Assembly (NCBI RefSeq): GCF_036321535.1
Contig: NC_087437.1
Span: 61,506,001-61,570,000 of the forward strand
From: Camelus dromedarius
Taxonomy: Eukaryota
DNA: 64,000 bases
Direction: 5' to 3'
Shown here: in pieces, positions 1 through 11,560 of the stretch
Layout of the letters: every line of letters starts with the position of its first letter
Position numbering within the stretch: position 1 is the stretch's first letter
Made by a program: the position numbers and the translations under genes
Notes under the pieces: generated by a model
Database searches by the model: none
Seen by the model: only the letters and a program-made list of their open reading frames with translations
What the model was told of the DNA's origin: nothing

Positions 1-912
1 GTTTGCAATTCAGAAGTTTCAGATGAGGGCCTCAGCTCTCACCTTTTTAGAAATTACAGAAATCAATAGTAGCTCTGGTTGTGAAAGGAAATCTCCCTTT
101 TTTGATCTTAATCTTTTATATTTTATATTTATATTTTATTTCTGAGGTTTTTCCACCCAGAGCTGGCTGTGAGCACAAAGGACCATGTTCCACTTGCTTT
201 CATGGAGATTCTCTTACAAATGAAACTCAACCAAAGCCTGCCAGACACCAACAACCCAGGAAAGATGATGGCGGGGAGATGGCAAAAGCAATGAGACCCA
301 CCTCCGCTGTGCTTACGGCACTCTCTGCTGGCAGCTGGTGTTCATGTGAGGGAGGTCCCAGTGGCCAGGGCCACCTTATCTGACTGCCTTTCAATGTGAA
401 TTAGTGATGCAGCAGTCAGCCCCACCTACTTGTTTACTGGGTCACATCATCCCACACTCTCTGTATCTTCACAAGGAAACCCTAATGTTACTTTGCCTCT
501 CTTATATTGTTATTACACTCTGACCAAACTTCTTAGGTATCATAGGGAGGGAAGGAATTTAATGGGATTATTTCTAAAGCTCAATAGTACTTCCCCTCTG
601 CCTGAAAGATGCATTTAAAACTCCAACTGTGATTAGTCACACTATCCTCTAATGCTAAAGAATTAGTGAAAGAATCCAGGAAAGCATTTACTATTTAGTA
701 AAGGAACAAACATAGATGTTCTCAGAGAGACGTCTTGGGTATCCATATTACATTACAAAGTTCTCTCTTTCATTATAAGCAGGATACCCATCATATCATC
801 AGAAACGTAACTTCTCTTTCTGCCATATGAAGACCCTTAAGAACAAACTCTCCCCTTGTACCCTAAATTCAGGAGGCTACCTTACTAACCAGGGGTTGGT
901 GATTATTATTAC

Positions 913-1446
913 CTGGGGTTCCTCTGGAAGCAATGTTTGTATCTGAATGGGAGCGAGTATGGCTCTTCTTTGTTCCACCAGTGGCAGTGAGAGTTTGCCC
1001 CTCTGAGAAGCTAGACCTGCGAAGGACACTGGACAACTGGCTCTGCCCACCTCCCTCTTGGTCCCCTAGGGAGGAAGCAGCAGAATCTGGCTTCTGGGAG
1101 CTGCTGGAGGAGAACAAATTGGAGCTGCTGCTCTCAGCATTGCTGCTGTGACTCTGGCAGCTGGCGGTCCGGCCTCGGGGGTCCAGATTGCCGATGGCCA
1201 AGTACTCAGGCCCCTCACTCGCATCACTTGGGGAATCATTCTGGCTGCTGACCCAGGATGCTTCTAAGGGGCTGGTCAGAGTGCTGGAGCTCATCTCATT
1301 TGGGGTTGAGGGGGAGTCCCTGGCTAATGCAGAGACTGGAGGCAGAGGGGCTTGGATGCTTTGATCCTCTGCTGGTGAGACATGCCCTCTGCTTTCTTGA
1401 GGTTTCCGGGGAGGGCCAGAGAGTGAAAAGGAAGTAGATCTTCTTT
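913..1446 (-). CDS. RUBCN: Rubicon coding exon 7, Ser-rich region (ERRSTSF...SRGTP)
   Basis: CCTAG acceptor, G|GTAATA donor, 534 nt; lies within ORF 869..1516; gene continues beyond the left edge. Confidence 0.96.
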
Positions 1447-2074
1447 CTAGGATATAAAAAGAAAGGGAAGGAAAGGTGAGCTGGAAGCCTTGGGTACATG
1501 TGAAGGGCTTCTCCACAACTAAGGACCAAACTCCCTATCACTACTGGTGCCCAGGACATATGGTGGCACCTCAGAAAACGTTAAATCATTCAAGGTTAGT
1601 AAAAAATTACTTAGAAGTAGCTAAGCCAAAAGCATGAGCTCTTGAGACAGTGGCTTCATTGCTTATTAGCATGCATTCCTTATCTGTAAAATGAGCAATA
1701 ATAACATCTACCTCATAGGACTGTTTTGAGGATCAAATAAGATAATACATAAAAATTGATTACAACAGAGCCTGGCACATGGTAAGCACCAAATAAACGT
1801 TAGCTATTATTACTGCAATGCCTTATTGGCAATGTGGATTAGAAACCCAGAGGAATCTAAAAACACCTTTTTCCTTCGTTATTTTAATGTCTCTTCTGAA
1901 CTGTCTTAGGCTAGTTGCTATTTACCTCTTTAAGATTTTTCATATTAAGACATGAAGTTTGACAAAGTGCACCAACCCAAGGCTCTATCTATAGCCAGCC
2001 TGTGAGCACTCATGAAGTCCTCTGCTTTCCAGGGCTGGGGATACATGTCTTGCTACTCTTTGCTGCCCCCATAC

Positions 2075-2231
2075 CTGAGCCGTGGTTGGGCATGGACTGG
2101 TGGAGGCTGGAGAAGGACCCAAAGTAGGAATGTTGAGCGTAGCTGGTTGAAGGGGTATATGTGGAACCAGGCAGAGCTGTCAGGCTCTGGCTCTTGCTCA
2201 CCAGCAGCGGGCTCTCTTGCTTTCTAGCAAA
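2075..2231 (-). CDS. RUBCN: Rubicon coding exon 6 ([21 protein letters not shown]...HGS)
   Basis: TGTAG acceptor, G|GTATGG donor, 157 nt. Confidence 0.95.
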
Positions 2232-3275
2232 CTACAAAAAAACACATGTCAGAGTCAAGGATAGAGGCCCTCAGAGGAGAAGCACTTAGCATAACAGAAA
2301 TGCTGGTAGAAACTGGCCTTTGGCAGCAGGCTTGAACTGCCGCCAAAGCCTGTGGATACAGCATAGCTACCCTCTATCACAGCATGCAACGTCCTGCCAT
2401 ATACCGCAGCTTCTGCCACTGGAGTCCTAGGTGGTCACACCAGGAGTGCTTGATCATGGAGGCGGTACAGCAAAGTGCTTAAGACTATGCACAGGGAGTT
2501 AGAAGTTGGATACACTGGGGCTTAAATCCAGGCCCTATTGCTTATCCAAGCCATTTGGTCCAAACTGTAGGCAAGTGACTTATCTACCCTGGCCCTCTGT
2601 GGCCTCCTTTATAAAATAAGATTAATGCCTACTTTGTAGAGTCATGCAGATTAAATGAGATGATGCATGTATTGAGCATGGCACCATGACTGGCACATAG
2701 AAAGTATTCAATTAGGTGGTAAGCAAGAATCAAAATTTAAAAACCAGGAGACACTGGCGATTGCTCCACAAAAGAAATAGAGACTGTGATTCCATTCTAG
2801 CTGAGGCACTGATATTAGTGATGGGATGAATGAATTGGAGAGGTAGCAATAAGCAACATAAACAACAAAATTTTCTTTATATTTTGAGGACAAAAATGAT
2901 GCTGCATAACATTAGGCCACACTAGGTCTGATGCTCTATCTATAGCCAGCCTGATTCAAAATCACCCCTCTTCTCCCCAGCTCTTTGTCAAGCCCGCCCT
3001 TAAGGAGATGCTTACTCAAACTAAGAAGGATGGATTAAAAAAAATAGACACCTCCTTCCTCAGACAGACATAAGTTTACTTACAAATGGACTTTTTACTT
3101 TAATAGGTATTTAATGGTAAGTTAAATACCTCCTTTTTTCTAAGTTTTTCTTTTTTTTAATGAAAGTCATTCAGTTCACAGTTGTCTAAGTGAAGCAGTC
3201 TGCTACCGAGGGTTACATCATGGCGAGGTCTAGGAGGTCAGCACACAGACACAGATAATTCTTTGCCCCTTTTAC

Positions 3276-3382
3276 CATAGATACATCGATCTGAGCCAGG
3301 AGGCGAGGGTTGTTCTGTTCCACTGCTTCTAGGCACTGGAGCATGGCCGTGACGTGGGCATCGCTTAGCAGGAAAGCAGTAT
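3276..3382 (-). CDS. RUBCN: Rubicon coding exon 5 ([36 protein letters not shown])
   Basis: CCCAG acceptor, ATG|GTAAAA donor, 107 nt, phase consistent. Confidence 0.95.
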
Positions 3383-4026
3383 CTGGGGAGAGAAAACTCC
3401 CACAGTGATGGAGCCTAAGAGGGAGAATTCTAGCTTCCCTGCATGGCTCTGGGAGAAGCTCAGGGAAAGAGAGAGGGAAAAGGTAAAAATGACTTGAGGA
3501 TAATCATACCACTGTGGACAGAAGGGGAAGTAGGGACAAATAAAATACAGAAGAGGCTAAGTAATGAGTGGTATAGTGGAGAGGCCATGACCAGAGGCCT
3601 CAAAATCAGAAAGACCCAGATTTGAATTCTGCCTCTGGGTAACTTTGGCCAAGTCACCTCCTTGAGCTCTGCATCCCTGACTGGAAAACAAGGATATTAA
3701 TACCCTACTCTCAGGGCTGCTGTTAAGCGTATATGTATAAAAAAAATTTATAACAGTGACTGGAACACAGGAAACTCTACGTAAATAGCAGTTATTTTTA
3801 TTTATTTGTGTGTATGGGAGTAGGGAAGTACCTTAGCATAAAGTTTGATGGTGCTTTACATAGGTTAGAGAGAAGACTGGACACATGTTTCTGATCAGAA
3901 TCTCTATGGCATCAAGTATAAGTAAGAGACCCTGGGGTAAGAGTGTGTCTGTAAAGCAAGAGTAAATAAAGTGGGAGAGAATGAGAAAGTACATGCAACA
4001 AGCCTGGCTAAGCGACCTCCACCTAC

Positions 4027-4186
4027 CTGTGTAGAATTTTCTGATATACTGTCTGTCCCCCAGCAGAGGTCGGAGCTGGGCTGAGAGGCAGTGGCACTGC
4101 AAGCTATGCTGCAGCCACAGCTCTGCCACGGCTCGCTCACTCACGCCATCGGTGCTGCTCTGGCCGTTCTCATGCAAGTTGATGAA
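4027..4186 (-). CDS. RUBCN: Rubicon coding exon 4 (FINLHENGQ...RKFYT), RUN domain
   Basis: CCCAG acceptor, G|GTAGGT donor, 160 nt; peptide [26 protein letters not shown]. Confidence 0.96.
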
Positions 4187-5517
4187 CTGGGGGGCAAAGA
4201 GGCATGAGTTAAAACACAGATCCTGGTAAATCCAGCAAGATTGGGGCCTAAGGACCTGAGAACTAAACTGAGACAGGTAAGAGGAGGCACTCAGAGGTAT
4301 TTTCCCTCCAGGTAGCATCTGGAGGTTATAGAGGGAGGAGAGAGAATGAAGGGATTGATGGCTCCACTGCTGGACTGGGCCATTGGAAAGGGACTGAGCA
4401 GTTAGAACCTGATATGCAGCTCCTGCTGAGGGCAAAGCTGCTACATCCATCTCTTCATGTTCTAACTCCAAACAGGCATCTATTCTGGGGTATTTAGAGG
4501 AAGAATGAACTTGACCTCTTGGCTTCCCGCAGAGTCTTCAATAGCAGGTACTCCAGAAAAGATTGCAAGAAAAATATGGGGGAAAAAAATCTAGGAAAAA
4601 TGCCACTAAAGATTCTTCACCAAAGAGAAACCATCTGAGAGCCTCTTGTTGCCTCTAGTCACAACATTCTCTTTTTGACACTTCCTTCTATTGGCTGTTT
4701 CTAAAAGCCAGGTCTCATAGTCCAGGATTAGTGCAAAATGTATGGATGGCAATTTCAGGCAGCTTCTAAGAGGAAATGACTAGAGTGAAATGTTCTAGAA
4801 AAGAAAGTTAGAGGATGGGGGTTGGTGGGAAAAATAAAGTGATAAAGACAAAAAAAATCTACGTAAGAAAAATCACAAGGCCAGAGTGACACCTTCTGAT
4901 TTGGTTCCCAGATCATTTAAAAACAATATTTTTCCTGATATCATCTCAGTAATGAATCTGGCAGTGGGTAGAATTTACATGAAATAAGACTGGCCATGAA
5001 TCAATAATTATAGAAGATGGGTTATGGATATTTGGGGGTTTATTACATTATTCTAATTTTGAATATATTAGAAAATAAAGAATTAAATAAGCAGATAATT
5101 TGGTGGTGATTAATCTGGAACTAGCTGTGTAACTCCAGCCAAGTCTCCTAACCTCCTTGAGCTCTGTTTTCCTGGTTGGAAATCGGGGGTGATACGCTGA
5201 GCTGAGAGGACAGGAGAGTAGAGTGCTATAACAGTATCTAAAGTTGTAAGGAACATGTTTGGCTCCATTTCACACTGGCCTCTGGAAGCCTCACTTTTCT
5301 TCCTATTTGGTGAATCCTCTTCTTCTTAAATAGTTGTCAGCCTATCAGTCCTACTTCCCCCAATCATTCAGGACACTTCTTGCCATTTGCCCTGGATTTT
5401 GAAAAACTTCACTCTGGTCCCATATTTGCAAATCTTTCAAAAAGAACAAAACTTTTTCATGCCTTCCCCAGAGGATGGAAAGTGGCTTAGAGCAATGGGT
5501 TTGAAAGGTTTATTTTT

Positions 5518-5636
5518 GGGGGAGGTGGTAATTAGGTTTATTTATTAGTTTTTTTTAGAGGAGGTACTGGGGATTGAACCCAGGACCTTGTGCCTGCTAA
5601 GCATGCGCTCTGCCACCTGAGCTATACCCTACCCCC
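5518..5636 (-). mobile_element. tRNA-Ala-derived SINE (vic-1-like)
   Basis: Reverse strand has A box TAGCTCAGGTGG and B box GGTTCAATCCC; flanking near-direct repeats TG(A/T)AAGGTTTATTTTT at 5502 and 5637. Confidence 0.85.
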
Positions 5637-5807
5637 TGTAAGGTTTATTTTTTTAAAGCAAATCATCCTCCCCCCAAATAAGTCCTATCTGTCTATTATC
5701 CAGACGTAATTTTCTCTTCTCAGTTAATAGGAAACTTGACATACACCATCCTTCTAGCCTAGGAGACTCTTCATCAAAAAACGAAGCCTATGGCCACCGT
5801 CATTTAC

Positions 5808-5891
5808 CTTCTCCACATGAAGGGCTGAGTGGGGACTGAGCCAACGGATGTCCTTCACAAATTGCCAGTAATCAGTCTGGCGGCAACACAT
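5808..5891 (-). CDS. RUBCN: Rubicon coding exon 3 ([28 protein letters not shown])
   Basis: Acceptor TAGCAG, donor AAG|GTAAAT, 84 nt, phase 0; not in the ORF track, translated by hand. Confidence 0.93.
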
Positions 5892-6155
5892 CTGCTATGG
5901 GAACACATAAGGTAAATAAATCATTACCGTTTTGGACCACATCTAGTTCTACTGCTGACTTTCAAAGAGAGGAAAAAGAAAAGCATAGCCTTCCCATGCC
6001 TCAACAAAGGTTCTTAGTAGCAATCACAGGAATACATACAAATGTATTTGTATACATTGAATACATACATTCACTCTTTTAATGGATAACTGTTAAAAGT
6101 TATTTTGATCGTTCTTTTGAGCAGGTACTACATGCATATGATACAGAAGGTTACA

Positions 6156-8194
6156 TAGTTGATTCCTGAACAACACAGGTTTGAACTCTTATATGTGGAT
6201 TTTTTCAATAAATATATTGAAAACTATTTTGGAGATTTGCAACAGTTTGAAAATAACTCGCAGATGAACTGCATAGCCTAGAAATATTGAAAAAATTAGG
6301 AAAAGTTAAGTATGTCATGAGTGCATAAAATACATGTTTATATTAGCCTAGTTTATCATTTACTGCCATAAAATATATACAAACCTATTTTTAAAAGTTA
6401 GTTTATCAAAACTTACACACACAAACACTTATAAATCATAAATGGTGCCATTTTCAGTCAAGAGTAATGTAAACAAGTATAAAGATGCAGTATTAAATCA
6501 TAACTGCATAAAATTAACTGTAGTACACATTGTACCACTGTAATAATTTCATACTCACCTCCTGTTGTTATTATTGTGAGCTCAAGCGTTGCAAGTGTCC
6601 ACTTAAAACACCATGTGACACTAATCATCTCCATGTGAGCAGTTTCTCTCCAGTAAATTGCATATTGCAGTAAAAAATTATCTGTCTCTACATGCACCCC
6701 AATGTTCATAGCAGCACTATACACAATAGCCAAGACATGGAAGCAACCTAAATCGCCACTGACAGATGACTGGATAAAGAAGTTGTGGTATATTTATACA
6801 ATAGAATACTACTCAGTGATAAAAAAAAGAATAAAATAATGCCATTTGCAGCAACATGGATGCACCTGGAGACTGTCATTCTAAGTGAAGTAAGCCAGAA
6901 AGAGAAAGAAAAATATTGTATGATATCACTCATATGTGGAACCAAAAAAAAAAGAGGACACTATTGTACTTATCTACAAAACAGAAAAAGACTCACAGAC
7001 ATAGTAGACAATTTTATGGTTACCAGGGGAAAGGAGGTGGGAAGGGATAAATTTGAGAGTTTGAGATTTGCAAAAGTTAATTACTATATATAAAAGTAGA
7101 TAAAAAACAAAATTTTTCTGTATAGCACAAGGAACTATATTCAGTATCTTGTAATAACCTTTAAGGAAAAAGAATATGAAAACGAATACGTGTGTGTGTA
7201 TATATATACACACATATATATGACTGGGACATTATGCTGCACACCAGAAATTGACACATTGTAATTGACTATAATTCAATTATTTTTTAAAAAGTGATCT
7301 GTCTCAATTCTCGTGTATTTTTTGTGTTTAGTGCAATACCAAAACCCTTGAATAACACCAGGGGACTCATACAAAGTGCCACTAGTGATGCTGGATGTGC
7401 TCCCAAGAAGCAAAGTCATGACATTACAAAAAAAAGTTGAACTGCTTGATAGATTGAGGCCTGCAGCTTAGTTCCTGCCATTTCAAGATACATGAATCCA
7501 GAATAAGGGCCATTCATTGTTTAAAAAAGAGAGGAAATTCATGAAGTTGTGACTGCAGCTATGCCAGCAGGCACAAAAATTCTGTCCTTTTTGAGAAATA
7601 CCTTTTTATCTCATATTGAAAATGCAGCTTTTATGTGGGTACAGGATTGCTATAGGAAAGGCATACCTATAGACTCTAATATTATTTGAGAAAAAGCAAA
7701 GTTATTATATGACAACTTAATGCTAAAAGAAGGTGGAGGAGCTAAAGCTGGAGAGTTTAATGCCAGCAAAGGATGGTTAGATAATCTTAGAAAGAGGTTT
7801 GGAGAAGCAGCTTCTGCCAACTAAGAGGCAGCTGATGAGTTCCCAGATGCCATTAAGAAAATAATTGAGAAAGGATATCTGCCTGAACAGGTTTTTAATG
7901 CAGATGAAAGTATCCTATTCTGAAAAAAAAATATCACAAAGGACACTTACTAGTAAGGAAGAGAAACGAGCACCAGGATACAAGGCAGGAAGGGATAGGC
8001 TAACTCTAAAATTGGGTTTATGATCAGGATTGCCCTTATCTATAAAGCTGCTAACCTCTGAGCCTTGAAGGGAAAGGATAAACACCAGCTGCCAGTCTTC
8101 GGGTTGTACAACAAGAAGTCCTGCACAACAAGAACACTTTTTCTGGATCAGTTCTGTTGAGGCTTTGTCCCTGAAGTAGGAAGTACCTTGCCAG
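6156..8194 (+). mobile_element. Tigger2-like DNA transposon, 5' part with decayed transposase, interrupted by an L1
   Basis: End resembles CAGTTGACCCTTGAACAACAC; decayed peptides FNASKGWLDN and GYLPEQVFNADE at ~7750-7910. Confidence 0.8.
6689..7288 (+). mobile_element. 5'-truncated L1 (ORF2 end + 3'UTR) nested in the Tigger
   Basis: MPFAATWMHLETVILSEVSQKEK; TSD-like AAAAA..ATCTGTCTC at 6672-6688 and 7289-7305. Confidence 0.88.
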
Positions 8195-9629
8195 TAATGC
8201 AGTAAGACAAAAAAAGGAAATAAAAGACATACAGATTGGGAAGGAAGAAATAAAACTGTCTTTGTTCACAGATGACATGACTGTCTATGTAGAAAATTCA
8301 AAGAATCAACAAAAAAATTCCTGGGACTATTAAGTGTTTTCACAGTGAAGTCACAGGATATATGGTTAATATATAAAAGTCAACTGCTTTCCTATATACC
8401 AGCTATGAACAAGTAGAATTTGAAATTAAAAACACAATAATATCATATACATTAGCACCCCCAAAAATTAAATACTTAGTTATAAACCTAACATATATAA
8501 GATCTCACAAGGAAAACTATAAAACTTTGATGAACTATCAAAGAACTAAATTGCTGAGATAATCCATGTTCACGGATATGAAGACTCAGTATTGTGAAGA
8601 ATGTCAGTTCTTTCCCAGTTTATCTATAGATTCAATGCAATCTGATTAAAAATCCCAGCAAGTTATTTTGTAGATACTGACAAACTGATTCTGAAGTTTA
8701 TATAGACAAGGAAAAGGCTCAGAATAGCCAATCAATGTTGAAGGAGAAGAACAATGTTTTTCTTCAAGAAGGACTGACACTATCTGACTTCAAGACTTAC
8801 TATAAAGCTACAATAATCAAGACAGTGTGGTACTGGCAAAAGAACAAACAGATAGATCAGTGAAACAGAATAGAGAGCCCCTAAAAAGGCCATCATAAAT
8901 ACAGCCAACTGATCTGTGACAAGGGAGCAAAAGCAATACAATGGAACAAAGACGGTCTTTTCAACAAATGGTGCTGAAATATTGGACAACTACATGTAAA
9001 AACATGAATCTAGACACAGACCTGGAACCCTTCACAAAAACTAACTCAAAATGAATCACAGATCTAAATGGAAAATGGAAAACTATTAAATCTCCTAGAA
9101 AATAATGTAAGAGAAAATCTATATTGGGTATGACGTGACTTTTTAGATACAAGACCAAAGGCATGATCCGTGAAAGAAAGAACTGATAAGCTGGACTTCT
9201 TTAAAATTTAAAACTGTTCTGTGACAGACAATGTCAAGAGAATGAGAAGACAAGCTCCAGACTGGAAGAAAATAGCTGCATAAGACAAAACTGGTAAAGG
9301 ATTGTTATCCAAAGTATACAAAGGAGTCTTAAAACTCAGCAAATAAGAAAACAATTTGATTTAAAAAACAGGCCAAAGACCTTACCAGATACCTCACCAA
9401 AGAAGATATACAGATGACAAATAAGCATGTGAAAAGATGCACCACATCATGTCATCAGGTAAATGTAAATTAAAACAACACAATAGGTGTCACTCTCTCT
9501 TGCCTTCTGAGATGGCCCACATTCTGCCTATGGAATGTGTATCTCCTAAGCCACTCTCCCTTCTGAGTGAGACGGACCCCACTCTGCCTGTGGAGTGTGT
9601 ATCTCTCTAAATAAACTTGCTTTCACTTA

Positions 9630-9647
9630 AACACACACACAGACACA

Positions 9648-9689
<42 letters not shown>
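9630..9689. repeat. (AC)n microsatellite
   Basis: ~60 bp of AC repeats with two AG interruptions. Confidence 0.97.
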
Positions 9690-9691
<2 letters not shown>

Positions 9692-9933
9692 TACCTCTTA
9701 GAATAGCCCAAAGGGAAAAGAAAAAAAAACAAATGACTCAAATCTAGAACACTGCCTATATCAAATGCTGGTAAGAATGTGTAGCAAAAGGAATTCTCAC
9801 TCATTGCTGGTAGCAGTGTTAAATGGTATGGCCACTATGGAAGACAGTTTGGCAGCTTCTTTCAAACTAAACACACTCTTACCATATAATCCAGCAATCT
9901 CAATCCTTCGTATTTACCCAAAGAAGTTGAAAA

Positions 9934-10063
9934 AAAAATTTTTTTTTGGAGGGAAGGTAATTAGGTTTAGTTATTTATTTTTTGGAGGAGGTACTGGGGA
10001 TTGAACCCAGGACCTTGTGCATGCTAAGCATGCACTCTACCACTTGAGCTATACCTTCCTCCC
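9934..10063 (-). mobile_element. tRNA-derived SINE (vic-1-like) inserted in an L1
   Basis: Same body as the other copies; TSD AAGAAG(T/C)TGAAAA at 9921 and 10064. Confidence 0.85.
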
Positions 10064-10589
10064 AAGAAGCTGAAAACTTATGTCCACCAATAACCTCAAC
10101 AAAAACTTGATGTCAAATTACGTAAGGTCAAGACAACTTTCAAAGTTAGTGGAAAAAAAACTCTTAAAATATAGATTTTATATTCATATTACAGGATCTT
10201 TAAGTTGCTAGTCCATCATAAAGAAACTGAAACTGGAAGTCCTATATGATAAATTATTGGTGCAATATATACAAGAAAGATGATGTGGAATTCCATCAGT
10301 GGATCTATACTCACAGAAAAGGTTTGGCTCCATATCCAAAGACTGTTGATTAAGTGTAAATTTAGATGTTTTAAATTAAAATAAAATGTTTGAGTGATGT
10401 ATCTTACAAATGTTTAATTCCCCTCACTTAATCAATCAGCTAATGATGCAGGTCGTGATGTATAAGAACGCTTTTCCTATTCTCATCAAAAAATGATGTG
10501 GTAGTTAACAAGTAAATATAAGACAAATGTGTGAATATTGGGGGAAAAAATCAACAACAAATGATGCTCTGTGAGTGAGGGACTACTTC

Positions 10590-11560
10590 TACCATAATGA
10601 AAAGCTACCATAATTAAAATTGAGTGGTGATGGCACACAAAGAGAGAACAGACCATAAGAGAAATCCAGAAATAGATCCATGTGCCAAGGGAATTAAGTA
10701 TATTCAAAAAAAATCACAGATAGCATGGTTTAAATGTAAAAATTAAGCTACCAAAGTAATAGAAGAAACCATGGAGAAACATTTTTAATAATTGTAGAGT
10801 TAGGATGCCCCTTCAGAACATTATACAGAACCCAGAAGCCCTAGGAGAACTGATTAATTTGACTTACTAAAAACAGATATTTCTGCATAGTAAAAGCCAT
10901 CATAAGAAATGTCAAAAGACAAACAGGAAAAAATATTTGCAATACACATTAGAGACAAATAAATAGTTTCCTTAAAAAGTAAAGAGATACAAAAAATCTG
11001 TAGAAGACTAATACTCTAAGGAAAATGGGGGAAATACAGGGAAAAATTCACAAAAAAAATAATTTAATGGCTCTTATAAACAATCTTTCAGAGAAGAGAA
11101 ATGTAACTTTTCACCTACCGTATTGGCGATGGTTTAAAGTTTAATTGCACACTATATTGTCAACGGTATGGAGAATCAGATACTCTTATACAATGCTGGT
11201 GAGGGTGTAAACCGACATAACTTGGTGGAGGGCAATTTAGTCATAGCTATCAAAACTGAAATATATATGCCCTTTAGCCTAAGAATTCTACTTCTAGGAA
11301 TATTCTATGGTAAATGGCAAAATGACCTACACACAAGGTTATTCACTGTAGCATTGTTACTAATAGCAAATGATTGGAAGCAATGTAAATGTTCATTACC
11401 AGGGGACTGACTAAGTAAATTATGGTAAGTACAGAGAATGGAATATTATCAAAATGACAGCTGTAAGAAGAATGAAGAAGCTCTTTATGTAATGAGTTGG
11501 AATAAATTACAAGATAAATCAAGTGAAAAAAGGCCAGGTGTAGAATAGTGATTATAGTCT
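10590..11560 (+). mobile_element. Highly diverged L1M fragment
   Basis: Residual ORF2 3'-end similarity (RLFTVALLLIANDWKQCKC). Confidence 0.6.

Larger units (their letters stand above)
8195..10088 (+). mobile_element. Old L1 ORF2 fragment (decayed) with nested insertions
   Basis: [15 protein letters not shown] (RT motif) near 8235-8280, followed by typical ORF2 3' sequence. Confidence 0.85.

Noticed and set aside
81..383. 100-aa plus-strand ORF
   Set aside because: Antisense within a RUBCN intron, GTG start, no recognisable homology.
5560..5636. tRNA-Ala-like sequence as a tRNA gene (also at ~10.0, 20.6 and 63.9 kb)
   Set aside because: Copies are diverged and carry SINE tails and TSDs.
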